From NCBI GenBank assembly GCA_018675975.1, contig JABGXB010000003.1, positions 331,821 through 395,820 of the forward strand: a stretch of 64,000 bases of DNA. The letters are read 5' to 3'. Below, one piece after another: positions 1-9,989 of this stretch. The stretch is from Candidatus Woesearchaeota archaeon. GTDB lineage: Archaea > Nanobdellota > Nanobdellia > Woesearchaeales > JABGXB01. A model generated the notes under the pieces. The model searched no databases. It saw nothing but the letters and a program-made list of their open reading frames with translations, and was not told where the DNA came from. The stretch's first letter is position 1. Every line of letters begins with the position of its first letter. The translations under genes and the position numbers were made by a program.

Positions 1-722
1 AATTTTTTTCCAATTAAATGTGTTGAAGGTAATTGTAATACTTTTCCTGATGGTAATAATACATCAGCTGCAAAAGTAGATTCAGCGCCAGCAAATTTAT
101 CCCATTGTGGTCTTTCAAAAAAAATATGAGGTAAACTTAATTTTTTATATAATAATTTATGAGTAATTTCCATATCTTGTTTAACTTGATTTAATGAATC
201 TTCACGCGTAGCAAAAACATTATGAGCTTCAGACCAATATAATTCACGAGTTCTTAAAAATGGTCTTGTCATTTTAGTTTCATATCTATATACAGAACAA
301 GTTTGATATCGCTTAAATGGTAAGTCATTATAACTATTAATCCATTTACCATACATATCATATAATGCAGTTTCTGAAGTTGGACGTAATGCTAATTTTT
401 CATCAAAAGTTTTATCTCCCGCACCTGTAACCCAAAAAACTTCAGGCGTAAATCCGTCAATGTGTTCTGCTTCTCTAGTAAAATTACTTTCTGGAATTAA
501 TACTGGCATCAATAATGGTTCATGACCTGTATTTTCAAGTTCAGTTTCCCACATATTAGTTATTTTTTTAATACTTTTTACAGCCCATGGTAAATACACA
601 GGAAATCCTTTTATATTGTATCTAATATCAGCTAACTCAGCTTTTTGCATTAATTGTGTAAACCATTCACTAAAATCAGATTCTTTTGACACCATAATTT
701 TTTGCATTATATCTTTAGCCAT
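1..722 (-). CDS. proS: Proline--tRNA ligase, archaeal/eukaryotic type (N-terminal part; runs off the window)
   Basis: Not in the ORF track. Manual translation from ATG at 722: MAKDIMQKIMVSKESDFSEWFTQLMQKAELADIRYNIKGFPVYLPW... with LALRPTSETALY and FLRTRELYWSEAH (class II motif 2). Confidence 0.95.
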   Translation of the reverse strand, partial: MAKDIMQKIMVSKESDFSEWFTQLMQKAELADIRYNIKGFPVYLPWAVKSIKKITNMWETELENTGHEPLLMPVLIPESNFTREAEHIDGFTPEVFWVTGAGDKTFDEKLALRPTSETALYDMYGKWINSYNDLPFKRYQTCSVYRYETKMTRPFLRTRELYWSEAHNVFATREDSLNQVKQDMEITHKLLYKKLSLPHIFFERPQWDKFAGAESTFAADVLLPSGKVLQLPSTHLIGKK

Positions 723-797
723 AATTGCTAAATATGTAAATTGTTTATAATAATTACTAATAATAAACTTTATTAATATAAAAATAATAACAATAAT

Positions 798-1472
798 ATG
801 AAAATATTAAATATATTATTAATTGTACTGATTGGATTATTACTAACCGCATGCGGAGAAACTATTGAGAATAAAAATAATGGTGAAAATAATAATATAA
901 ATAATAATGAATCAAAAAATAATATATTATTAACAATAGAAGATGAAAAAGAAATGGTTAAACAAAATATGTTTGATTTATTAGAAGAAAATAATAATAT
1001 GTTAATTAGAGACATTAGTGGTAAATTAATTTTAAGATGTAATTTACTTGATTGTGGAATTTCAAGTAAAGTAGAGCATGATGAATTATTTTCAGGATCA
1101 AGTCCAGAAGTAGAAATTATGACACATATTACATTTAATAAGATTATAGAAAATCAAAATAGTTTAGATGCATATAATCAAAACATTAAAAATGTAAATT
1201 TAAATCTATATTTTCCTGAACAAAAATCTGAAAATATAAGAGTACAAACTTCATTTTACGATTTAAAGGATAATTTAAGATTTACTTCATTTGAAAATGG
1301 AGTACTTAAAGGAAGTTTAGAATTTGATATTGAAACATTAACATTGTATATACAAGACTCAAAAGATGACTCTTGTATCACTGGAGATATGATGGGAATT
1401 TGTTATGAAGATTTTCCTATAACTGGAAAATATAAGTTAAATATTGAATTTAAAGAATTAGAATTAAACTAA
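798..1472 (+). CDS. Putative lipoprotein, unknown function
   Basis: Hydrophobic N-terminus ending in lipobox-like LLTA-C, Asn-rich linker, two Cys pairs. Confidence 0.6.
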   Translation: MKILNILLIVLIGLLLTACGETIENKNNGENNNINNNESKNNILLTIEDEKEMVKQNMFDLLEENNNMLIRDISGKLILRCNLLDCGISSKVEHDELFSGSSPEVEIMTHITFNKIIENQNSLDAYNQNIKNVNLNLYFPEQKSENIRVQTSFYDLKDNLRFTSFENGVLKGSLEFDIETLTLYIQDSKDDSCITGDMMGICYEDFPITGKYKLNIEFKELELN

Positions 1473-1905
1473 TATTCCAAAATAGATAAGCAATTAAAAT
1501 CCCAGAAATAATATCAATCAAAGTATGTTTTTTTAATAATTTTCTACTCAAAAAAACTAATAATAATACTAATAGATTAAAATAAATTAAAAAAATGGAA
1601 TTTACTATTGATAATGAATATAAAAATAATAAAGTTGCCAAAGTAGAATGTCCTGAAGGAAAACTATTTTTGTCTATTAAATAAAATGGATTGATTTTAT
1701 TATAATTATTATTCGGTCTTTTTTTCTTTACTAATAATCTAAATGTAATTATTAAAGATAATGAAAATATAAATGATAAAAATAATACATTTGAATATTT
1801 TATATTAAAAAAATAAGAATAGACTAAAATCAAAAAAAAGAATGGAATATCTCCAAAAACTTCAAATTTATTTAATAAATATATTAAAATTTCTTTAAAT
1901 TTCAT
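1450..1905 (-). CDS. PAP2-family membrane phosphatase
   Basis: Motifs KKKRP, SFPSGH, SRxxxxxH and several TM segments. Start moved to ATG 1905 from TATA spacing. Confidence 0.9.
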   Translation of the reverse strand: MKFKEILIYLLNKFEVFGDIPFFFLILVYSYFFNIKYSNVLFLSFIFSLSLIITFRLLVKKKRPNNNYNKINPFYLIDKNSFPSGHSTLATLLFLYSLSIVNSIFLIYFNLLVLLLVFLSRKLLKKHTLIDIISGILIAYLFWNISLILIL

Positions 1906-2012
1906 ATTAATCAATAAAAATTACTATTAATAAATATTTTTGAATTTTAACAAAATTTATAAAGAATAAACTTTGGATTTTGTTATAAAAAAACGAAATG
2001 AGGATAATTAAA

Positions 2013-2336
2013 ATGGAATTTTGCCCAGAAGATGGTTCTTTAATGGTACCAAAAAACGAAGACGGAAAAATTGTTACTGCATGCCCAGTTTGTAATTATC
2101 AGTCCAAGAGTAAAGATAGTAATTTAATTAAAGAAAAATTAGAAAAAACTGAAATATTAAAAATTCACAAATCAAGTGAAGAACTTGAAGCATTACCAAA
2201 AGTTGATGCTGAATGTCCTGAATGTGGACATAAAAAGGCTGCATATTGGCAAGAACAAACTAGAAGTTCAGATGAGCCTCCAACAAAATTTTTTAAGTGT
2301 ATTAAATGTAAAAAGACATGGAGAAGTTATAATTAA
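2013..2336 (+). CDS. tfs: Transcription factor S (TFS / RpoM-like)
   Basis: Two Zn ribbons (FCPEDG..CPVC; CPEC..CIKC) and QTRSSDEP catalytic hairpin. GAGGA upstream of ATG 2013. Confidence 0.95.
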   Translation: MEFCPEDGSLMVPKNEDGKIVTACPVCNYQSKSKDSNLIKEKLEKTEILKIHKSSEELEALPKVDAECPECGHKKAAYWQEQTRSSDEPPTKFFKCIKCKKTWRSYN

Positions 2337-2569
2337 TTTAACTTTTTTAAAATCTTTTTTTTTGAATTTTTTCCACTTATAATTTCATATTGATTTTTGG
2401 TTAATTTTTTTAATAAATTTAGTACTTCAATATTTGCTTTATTATTAATTGGCTGAGATTTAACTTTAATATAAATAAGATTATTAATTTCATCATATTC
2501 AATTATTTTACTTTCATTTGAATTAGGTTTTATTTTTAATTCGAGAAATTCTTTATTAGCAAAATTCAT
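2333..2569 (-). CDS. DUF167 / YggU-family protein
   Basis: KIKPNS..IKVKSQPINNKAN..IISGKNSKKK pattern, 78 aa. Confidence 0.85.
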   Translation of the reverse strand: MNFANKEFLELKIKPNSNESKIIEYDEINNLIYIKVKSQPINNKANIEVLNLLKKLTKNQYEIISGKNSKKKILKKLN

Positions 2570-4071
2570 TTTAATGAGTTCACAAATTCTTTTTTTGATT
2601 TAAATCCTTTTTCTTTTGCAAGCTTAATTATAGCTTTATCAAAATTAGAACCATATTGAGCACCTAATTTTTTTCTATTAATAAATAATTCATCTTTAAT
2701 ATATTTTCGTGCATATTTTCTTAATATTATTTTTTTTTGTTCATCATTTATCTTTAAAGACGAATCAATTAAAAAAGAATATTTAACTAAATCTTTATCT
2801 AAAAAAGGCAATCTTAATTCAATATTATTTGACATCAATATTAAATCATCCCTATACAAATCACGAAATTGAATATTCTTAAATCCTTCAATACATTCTT
2901 TATTAACATCTCCACCAGCATTTAAAATATCTAAATGTCTACTATAACCAGCAAAACACTCTTCACTTCCAAGTCCGCTAAATAAAACATCAACTGAATC
3001 TTTTTTTGCTAATTGCGAAACAAAATAAAAAGGAAGTGCAACACCCAATTTAATTGGATCAACATCTTCAATTATACTCGCAACCGTTTTTATATTTTTT
3101 TTCAAATTAAACATAGTACAAAAATTTGATTTAAATTCAATATTATTTTCCTTACAAAATGTTTGCGCAAAAGTAAAATCAGGACTAACTCGCATATCAT
3201 CACTTGCAAAACAAGAATTATAACAAACAAAATTATAACCTAAATGTTTTAATATCATAACAATAAGAGTACTATCAATACCTCCTGAGAATAAAACCCC
3301 AAATTTAATATTTTTAGGAACTCTTTTTTTTATTGAAGATACCATTAAATTATCTAATTCATTTAATATTTTATTTTCATCTTTAATATATTTTCCATTA
3401 ACTTCATATAAATTAGAATCAATTTCCTCATCACACATTTTATTATTATTTAAATCAAAACAAATAATTTTATTTCCATCCAAATTATTAATATCAAAAT
3501 TATTAATATTATTATCATCAAATATTTTTTCAATAACTTTACCTTCACTACAAATTAATAAGTTATTATTTTCAAATGCATATTTCATTGGCTTAATACC
3601 AAAAAAGTCTTTAGCAATAAAAACTAAATTATCTCTTTTATTATATAATATAAAAGAAAAAACACCATCAACTTTATTTAATTCTATTTTTAAAGCATTT
3701 AAACTTTGTTTAATTAACTCATCACGATCATTTAATTTTAATGGTAATAAACTTGAAGTTAACAAATCAAATAAAACTAAACTATCACTATTTGCATTTT
3801 GCTTTAAATTCTTATAATTATAAATTTCACAATTTGTTGCAAAATAAAAATATTTTTTTAAAATTGGTTGATTAACTTGAGATACAATCGCATGTAAATT
3901 ATGAAATATAAAATTATTTGGAACTTCATGAATTTTATCCACTTTAAAATAATTTTTAATTTCATTAAAATCAGTAATACCAAAATTATCTAATCCCCTA
4001 TTCTCTATTAATTTCAAATGTTTTTTATTTATTTTTACATTATAATTAAAATTTGCTAAAATCCCACACAT
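2566..4071 (-). CDS. asnB: Asparagine synthetase B-like (glutamine-hydrolysing)
   Basis: N-terminal MCGI (Ntn Cys), NCEIYNY, DFFGIKP, FSGGIDS, SGLGSEE.FAGY, ELRLPFLD. Confidence 0.9.
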   Translation of the reverse strand: MCGILANFNYNVKINKKHLKLIENRGLDNFGITDFNEIKNYFKVDKIHEVPNNFIFHNLHAIVSQVNQPILKKYFYFATNCEIYNYKNLKQNANSDSLVLFDLLTSSLLPLKLNDRDELIKQSLNALKIELNKVDGVFSFILYNKRDNLVFIAKDFFGIKPMKYAFENNNLLICSEGKVIEKIFDDNNINNFDINNLDGNKIICFDLNNNKMCDEEIDSNLYEVNGKYIKDENKILNELDNLMVSSIKKRVPKNIKFGVLFSGGIDSTLIVMILKHLGYNFVCYNSCFASDDMRVSPDFTFAQTFCKENNIEFKSNFCTMFNLKKNIKTVASIIEDVDPIKLGVALPFYFVSQLAKKDSVDVLFSGLGSEECFAGYSRHLDILNAGGDVNKECIEGFKNIQFRDLYRDDLILMSNNIELRLPFLDKDLVKYSFLIDSSLKINDEQKKIILRKYARKYIKDELFINRKKLGAQYGSNFDKAIIKLAKEKGFKSKKEFVNSLK

Positions 4072-4170
4072 AAAACAATGTTAATTTTTCTATTTAAAAA
4101 TGTGATCATAATAAATAAAAACAATATATAAATTAAACATATTTATAAAACTCAATAAATAAAATAAAAT

Positions 4171-5013
4171 ATGACATTTATTGAGATTATATTAATAATA
4201 GTTATATTTTTAATGTTTATTGGAACAATATTTGATTTTATTAAAAGGGAAGTTCCAGATACAATAAGTTATTCTATTATAGGAATATCAATATTATTTA
4301 AAATATTTGAAAGTTTTTACTATAAAGACATATATATAATATTTTATGCGGCTTTATTTGGAATAATATCATTTTCCATTTGCTATTATTTAACATATAA
4401 AAACATTTGGGGTGGTGCAGATAGCAAATTTTTAATTGGAATTTGTATTTTATTATCAGGACCAATAAATAATATTGAACATTTATTTTTAAACTATATT
4501 ACAAGTTTTTTTATTATTGGATTTATTTTTTCAACCCTATATTTAATTATTAAATCTATCATTTATTATAAAAAAATAAAAAAAGAAATTCAATCCATAT
4601 TTTTTAATAAAATAAATATAGCATTTATTTTAATCCTAATATTAACATTAATATTCACTCAAAAAATAGAATTCATATTTTTATTAATAATGATTTTGGC
4701 ATTACTAATATTAATATTTAATAAAAATAATTTTGAAAATTTAGAAAAAAAAATATTTATAAAAAATGCCAATCCAAAAACTATTACTGAAGGAGATATT
4801 TTAATTAATTCAATTACAGTAAATAATAAAACAATTAATAATAAGCCAATGGGCCTAAGTTATAATGATGTAAAATTAATCAAAAAACATTCTAAAAATA
4901 AAATATTGATAAGATGGGGAATTCCATTTATACCAGTTTTTTTAATTTCATTTATATTTTTATTAACAAAAATAAATTTATTAAAAATAATTATTTATTT
5001 CTTGATTTTTTAG
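4171..5013 (+). CDS. A24-family prepilin/prearchaellin peptidase (PibD/FlaK-like)
   Basis: DFIKREVPD, WGGADSK, C-terminal GIPFIP, multiple TM helices. Confidence 0.9.
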   Translation: MTFIEIILIIVIFLMFIGTIFDFIKREVPDTISYSIIGISILFKIFESFYYKDIYIIFYAALFGIISFSICYYLTYKNIWGGADSKFLIGICILLSGPINNIEHLFLNYITSFFIIGFIFSTLYLIIKSIIYYKKIKKEIQSIFFNKINIAFILILILTLIFTQKIEFIFLLIMILALLILIFNKNNFENLEKKIFIKNANPKTITEGDILINSITVNNKTINNKPMGLSYNDVKLIKKHSKNKILIRWGIPFIPVFLISFIFLLTKINLLKIIIYFLIF

Positions 5014-5896
5014 TAATTAATCTTTTTAAAAAATAATTATCAATATCTAATTTTTTATATGGAATATATTTTATAACTTCATCAACACCAAAAGTAATAT
5101 TATTCCCTAAAGATTTAAATGCAGTAATAATTTCTTTAGCAACAATACTAGATTTTTTATTACCTGATTTAAATATTATATAATCAATATTTAAATTTTC
5201 AAAAACGGACAGCGGACCCCACAAAATTAAATCATTAAATAAACCAATACCAGATTGTTGATCCATATAATTAATTGTAGTTTTTTTTCCTTTAATATAA
5301 TAACTCCCTCTTGGAAGCTTTATACCTTCTGGTGAAGTTTTTAACATTTGTTTTCTTTTAATCCAAAAAACTTCAGGATTTAATAATCCACTTTTTGCAC
5401 TTTTTGAAAAAATAGCCGTGAATAAACAAATTTCATCTAAAATTTTTTTATCATTCATTATATCATTAAAATTATTCGAATTTAATTCAAAATCAATCCC
5501 AACATCAAAATTTTTATTATTTAAAACGGCATAACCACTACCAGCTAACATTGTATGAAAAACAATATCATTTTCAGTGGTATATTTACTAATTAAAATC
5601 TCATTTGTATTAATATCAGAACCCATTAAAATAATATTTTTAGAAGATGTAATCATCATTCTAAATTGATTATACCAATTTTTTTTTATATTAATATTTT
5701 TTTTAGTATTTTGATCTAAATCATTCAATTTTTTAATTTCAACATCATTTAATTTATTTAATTTATCTAAATCTTTATCAGCTTTTTTTAAAATATCTAG
5801 AATTTTGACATTTTTTTGTTTTAATTTTTTTGATTTTTCAAAATATATATTGGCATTATTTGCTAAATCCTGTGTATAATCTAATTCAATTTCCAT
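4991..5896 (-). CDS. NFACT-R domain protein (C-terminal half of RqcH/NEMF-like factor)
   Basis: IELDY..LANNANIYFEKSKKLK coiled coil, then WYNQFR..TSS..LMGSD..NE.LISKY....DIVFH and LPRGSYYIKGKK. Likely start ATG 5896. Confidence 0.8.
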   Translation of the reverse strand: MEIELDYTQDLANNANIYFEKSKKLKQKNVKILDILKKADKDLDKLNKLNDVEIKKLNDLDQNTKKNINIKKNWYNQFRMMITSSKNIILMGSDINTNEILISKYTTENDIVFHTMLAGSGYAVLNNKNFDVGIDFELNSNNFNDIMNDKKILDEICLFTAIFSKSAKSGLLNPEVFWIKRKQMLKTSPEGIKLPRGSYYIKGKKTTINYMDQQSGIGLFNDLILWGPLSVFENLNIDYIIFKSGNKKSSIVAKEIITAFKSLGNNITFGVDEVIKYIPYKKLDIDNYFLKRLITKKSRNK

Positions 5897-6158
5897 TTTT
5901 ACCTTTTGATAATAAAACAATATTGTTTCCAATAACATTAATTAATATACAATCACATTTTGATACAATTTCATTTGCTAATTCCTTTCTATCACGCAAA
6001 CTCGATATTGATTTATTCAATTTAATTTTGATTAATTTTTTTTTATTAATTAAAGACCTAATTTCATCAATTAAAGGCCTAGTAATGCCTTTTTTACCAA
6101 TATGCAATATAGGTTTTAAATTATGTGCTGTTTTTTTGATATCATCTAAGTTAAACAT
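5886..6158 (-). CDS. YhbY/CRM-domain RNA-binding protein
   Basis: AHNLKPILHIGKKGIT..LIKIK..VIGNNIVL. Start at 6158 from TATA spacing. Confidence 0.9.
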   Translation of the reverse strand: MFNLDDIKKTAHNLKPILHIGKKGITRPLIDEIRSLINKKKLIKIKLNKSISSLRDRKELANEIVSKCDCILINVIGNNIVLLSKGKNGN

Positions 6159-6192
6159 AATACATAACAAATTAATATATTTAAAAAAATAA

Positions 6193-7149
6193 CTAATTTT
6201 CAATAATATTTACTTGTTCATTCATTATAATGTTTGAAAGATATTTGATTTCAATTATAATTAATAACAGTTCAACATATATTTTATTTAAGTAAATATT
6301 TTTCGAAACACCAAATTTATCATAAACATCTTTTTCTAATTTTTTTAAATCTTCAAATGAATCATTTGCAAGCATAAAATTTTTTGAATGATAGGAATTC
6401 ATCAAATCTGAAAATAAATTATTAATATTTTTAATATATTCTATAAAATTTTTATCCAAATAATCTGAAAGACTATAATGAAATATAGTATCTGCAGTCC
6501 TTAAACAATTTTTTAAAATTAATTTAAATTTTTTTAAAATTAAAAAAAAGTTTAATTTATCATGATTGTTTATATCAATATTAAATTCATTATTATTACA
6601 AGATAAATTAATTATTCTATTAATTAAGTATTGAATTGAATTAACTTCCTCATATCTTTCATTTATTGACTGTAAATCGGCCTTGGAATGAACTTCACTA
6701 AGAATAGAAAAAATATATTTAATTATAATTTCACAACGTTTTATCATATTATTAATAGACAATTTTGAATAATCCAATAAATCTTCAATTATAATTTTAT
6801 CCTTACCAGATTCAATAATATTTAATCCATTTAATTTAGAAATAAAAGTTTTAATTTCACTATTTTTTTTTATTATATTACTACACTTTATTTCAATTAT
6901 TTCGGCTCCTTTAACATATGCAGATAAAATTAATTTTTTTATTGCAGAAATCGGTAAATCTTCAACATTCAAATTACATATTTTTTTAATTTTTTTATTT
7001 TTCTCAATAGATTCAATTGAAATTGAAGTATCATTTTCAATTACTGAAACATAATTACCACTAGTCAAATTGTTATTTTTTAACCATTTTTTTGGTAAAG
7101 ATATAATAAAACTACTTTTACCAAAAGCAATTATTTTTCTTAATTTCAT
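6193..7149 (-). CDS. Archaeal phosphate uptake regulator (AbrB-like DNA-binding domain + PhoU-like helical domains)
   Basis: MKLRKIIAFGKSSFIISLPKKW..NNL..G and LILSAYVKGA..I are typical of the AbrB-PhoU family. Start moved to ATG 7149. Confidence 0.85.
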   Translation of the reverse strand: MKLRKIIAFGKSSFIISLPKKWLKNNNLTSGNYVSVIENDTSISIESIEKNKKIKKICNLNVEDLPISAIKKLILSAYVKGAEIIEIKCSNIIKKNSEIKTFISKLNGLNIIESGKDKIIIEDLLDYSKLSINNMIKRCEIIIKYIFSILSEVHSKADLQSINERYEEVNSIQYLINRIINLSCNNNEFNIDINNHDKLNFFLILKKFKLILKNCLRTADTIFHYSLSDYLDKNFIEYIKNINNLFSDLMNSYHSKNFMLANDSFEDLKKLEKDVYDKFGVSKNIYLNKIYVELLLIIIEIKYLSNIIMNEQVNIIEN

Positions 7150-7360
7150 AAACATATAAAACATATACCCATTTATTAAACTAATTATTAAAATTAATAT
7201 AAAATAAATCAAAATAGAGCAATTTTAATTAAAAAAGTTAAAAAAAACATAAATAACATATACAACAATATAAAAACATATAGTAAGATTTATATACTAA
7301 TCAACAAACATTAAATTGTTTATAAGATTTACTTAAGTTTTATAAAAGAGGTGCAGGTTT

Positions 7361-7540
7361 ATGGCTAGAAGGCAATTTGATGTTGATCTTGATGTTTTGA
7401 ATACAATGCCGGTTACGGAAATGAATGCAGATTTGGATGATGAAGCGTCATTTGACCAACAATTGGAAAATTTTGTTCAATCTGATGTTAATGAAGATTC
7501 AAGTGAATCAATTTTTGATGAACTATTAGATTTTGAATAG
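7361..7540 (+). CDS. Small acidic protein (59 aa), missed by the ORF track
   Basis: ATG 7361 preceded by GAGGTG (SD-like), TAG ending at 7540 followed by T-tracts. MARRQFDVDLDVLNTMPVTEMNADLDDEASFDQQLENFVQSDVNEDSSESIFDELLDFE. Confidence 0.8.
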   Translation: MARRQFDVDLDVLNTMPVTEMNADLDDEASFDQQLENFVQSDVNEDSSESIFDELLDFE

Positions 7541-7594
7541 TTTTTAATTTTTTTTATTCATTAATTTTAAAAATAAGAATTTTTCTCATAAATC

Positions 7595-8878
7595 ATGTTA
7601 TTAAAAAATATTAGATTTATTTTAACAAATGAGCATATAATTGAAAATTGCGATATATTAATTGAAAATAATAAAATAAAATCTATTAAAAAAAATATTT
7701 CAACTATTGACAAAGAAGTAATTGATTGTTCTAATAAAATAATTCTACCAGGTCTTATTAATTTACACTTGCATGGTGGAATGAATATTCTCAGAGGAAT
7801 TTCTGATGATTTAGAATTAAATGAATGGCTTAATACAAAAATTTGGCCTGCTGAAAAAAAATTAAATGAAAAAGATATTTATTATGCAAGCCTAATTAGT
7901 TATTTTGAAAATTTATTTTCAGGAACAACAACAATAGTAGATGCATATTTTGAAATAGACAGCATGAAAAAAGCTGCAGAAAATTCAAATATAAGAGCAT
8001 TTTTATCACCAGCAATTTTCAATCAAAATGATATTGAAAAAGTTAAAAAAAATAATTTTTTTTTACAAAAAAACAATTCAAAAATAAAACCCTTTATTTT
8101 TTTACATTCAATTTATGCAACTGATAAAAAGACATTAAATGATACAATAGATTTTTGTAATAAAAATAATATAATAAAAGCAATTCACATAAGTGAAACA
8201 AGAAATGAATTAATTGAAATAAAAAATAATACTAAATTAATGCCAATTAATTATTTATTAGAAAATAATTTTTTTGAAAAAAAATCATTATTAATTCATT
8301 GTATTTGGCTAACAAAAAATGAAATAAATTTAATTAAAGAAAAAAATACTTCTATTGTACATTGCCCAAGTTCTAATATGAAACTTGCAAGTGGTGCAAC
8401 ACTACCATTAATTGAGTGTTTTAATAATAATATTAATATTGGCCTTGGAACAGATAGTGCAGTTAGTAATAATTGTTTAGATTTATTTAATGAATTAAAA
8501 TTAACTGCATTATTACAAAAACATCATAGATGGGATGCCACAGTTGCAAAAACAAATCAAATAATTAATATGCCTTTTGAAAATGGTGCAAAAGCTCTTG
8601 GAATTGACAATTTAGGTTCAATTAAAGAAAATAATTTAGCAGATTTAATTAGTTTAAATTTAAATGATTTTAATTTATTAGACACAGACAAAAATACATT
8701 AATATCAAATATAATTTATTCTGCAAATAGATCAAATGTATGTGATGTTATAGTAGATGGTAAAATATTAATTAAAAATAAAAATTTACAAACACCAATA
8801 TTAGATTTTAATGGAAATGAAATTTCATTAGAAAAATTAAAAGATATAGTTAATGAAATCAAAAATAAAATATTATAA
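7595..8878 (+). CDS. Metal-dependent amidohydrolase, MtaD/DadD (MTA/SAH/5'-deoxyadenosine deaminase)-like
   Basis: PGLINLHLH, SGTTT, HISET, HCPSSNMKLASG, GLGTDSAVSNN. Confidence 0.9.
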   Translation: MLLKNIRFILTNEHIIENCDILIENNKIKSIKKNISTIDKEVIDCSNKIILPGLINLHLHGGMNILRGISDDLELNEWLNTKIWPAEKKLNEKDIYYASLISYFENLFSGTTTIVDAYFEIDSMKKAAENSNIRAFLSPAIFNQNDIEKVKKNNFFLQKNNSKIKPFIFLHSIYATDKKTLNDTIDFCNKNNIIKAIHISETRNELIEIKNNTKLMPINYLLENNFFEKKSLLIHCIWLTKNEINLIKEKNTSIVHCPSSNMKLASGATLPLIECFNNNINIGLGTDSAVSNNCLDLFNELKLTALLQKHHRWDATVAKTNQIINMPFENGAKALGIDNLGSIKENNLADLISLNLNDFNLLDTDKNTLISNIIYSANRSNVCDVIVDGKILIKNKNLQTPILDFNGNEISLEKLKDIVNEIKNKIL

Positions 8879-9148
8879 TTTTGAAATTTGTTTTTTTAAA
8901 TTTAAATTTTTATCAATTATTAATTTTAAAACTGTTTGTAAAACATCTCTAGGTTTTACTTTACCATTAGTTTGAAGAAAAACTTTTACAATACCAACTA
9001 AAGGATGTGATTTATTATATGCAGCTGCAATTACATTTTTTTCTTTCCAAAGCATATCTACCAATAATTTTGAAAAACCATGATCGAACTTTGGTAATTC
9101 AAATTCAATAGAATTATTATCCTCAGTTAAAACTTTAAAAATATCCAT
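8873..9148 (-). CDS. rpoL: RNA polymerase subunit Rpo11 (L)
   Basis: IEFEL...DHGF..LL...L....V..AAY...HPL pattern, 91 aa. Confidence 0.9.
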   Translation of the reverse strand: MDIFKVLTEDNNSIEFELPKFDHGFSKLLVDMLWKEKNVIAAAYNKSHPLVGIVKVFLQTNGKVKPRDVLQTVLKLIIDKNLNLKKQISKL

Positions 9149-9340
9149 TTGTAATCTGTAGTTTTACTTTTGATTTATAAGTTTATGCAAAAGAAAATAA
9201 AACCAATAAGCAAAATAATCTTTTATTACTAACTAATAGAAACATTTATATATAAATTATAAATCTAAAAAGTAAGTTTTAAATATATAGTCTGTAAACG
9301 ACATATATACGGCAAAAAAAGGGTTGAGCAATAAAATAAG

Positions 9341-9631
9341 ATGGTAAACAAAATGGAAAATACACAAATATTCAATGTTTTTTTTAGAGAAAAACCTGCA
9401 ATGATGTTAGTAAGTTTAAGAAATGCTAAAGGTGCTGTTTATGCCAGTTCATTAGCTAAGCTAATTGATTGTACATATTCACATGTAGTTAAAATATTAC
9501 AAGAAATGGAAAAATCTGAATTAATTTCATTTGAAAAAAATGGAAGATTAAAATTATTAACTTTAACTGAAAAAGGTTCAAAAATCGCAGATTCAATTGA
9601 AAATATTAGAGCTAATCTAAACTGCAATTAA
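9341..9631 (+). CDS. Winged-helix transcriptional regulator (MarR/ArsR-like)
   Basis: YASSLAKLIDCTYSHVVKIL..MEK..LI.FEKNGR...LTLTEKG. Confidence 0.85.
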   Translation: MVNKMENTQIFNVFFREKPAMMLVSLRNAKGAVYASSLAKLIDCTYSHVVKILQEMEKSELISFEKNGRLKLLTLTEKGSKIADSIENIRANLNCN

Positions 9632-9735
9632 TTTTTTATTATTATTAATTTATTATTAAAATTCTTTTTTATTATTATATAAAAACAATTCTAAACATTT
9701 TAATTATTTAAGCATAATATCATTCTAGAATTAAA

Positions 9736-9900
9736 TATAAACCCTAACGAAAAGAGTCAACGAAAACAAAAAGCATTCGAGGTCTCTTCCCGCCGGGAAA
9801 AAGAGGTGATTATAATTCCTGCAGACCTAAAAGACCTTACAGGAAATTATTGATAGACAATGAGTTGTTTCTATATGGTGGTAAACAAATAAGGTTTATA
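9736..9900. ncRNA. Candidate structured non-coding RNA, family not recognised
   Basis: GC-enriched intergenic island. Terminal arms 9736-9746/9890-9900 enclose three internal hairpins (9784-9805, 9812-9850, 9853-9874). Confidence 0.55.
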
Positions 9901-9989
9901 AAGTTATTTATTACTATTCAATGAATTTAAAAAAATCAATTAAGTTTAAAAATTGATTAATTTTATAATTAATTTAAAAAGAGGATAAA

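Noticed and set aside
9736..9800. c-di-GMP-I riboswitch (AAACC..GAAA..CAAAAGC..GGTCT words resemble the GEMM motif)
   Set aside because: The GAAA-capped P2 stem and the P1 stem cannot be formed, so the resemblance is only scattered words.
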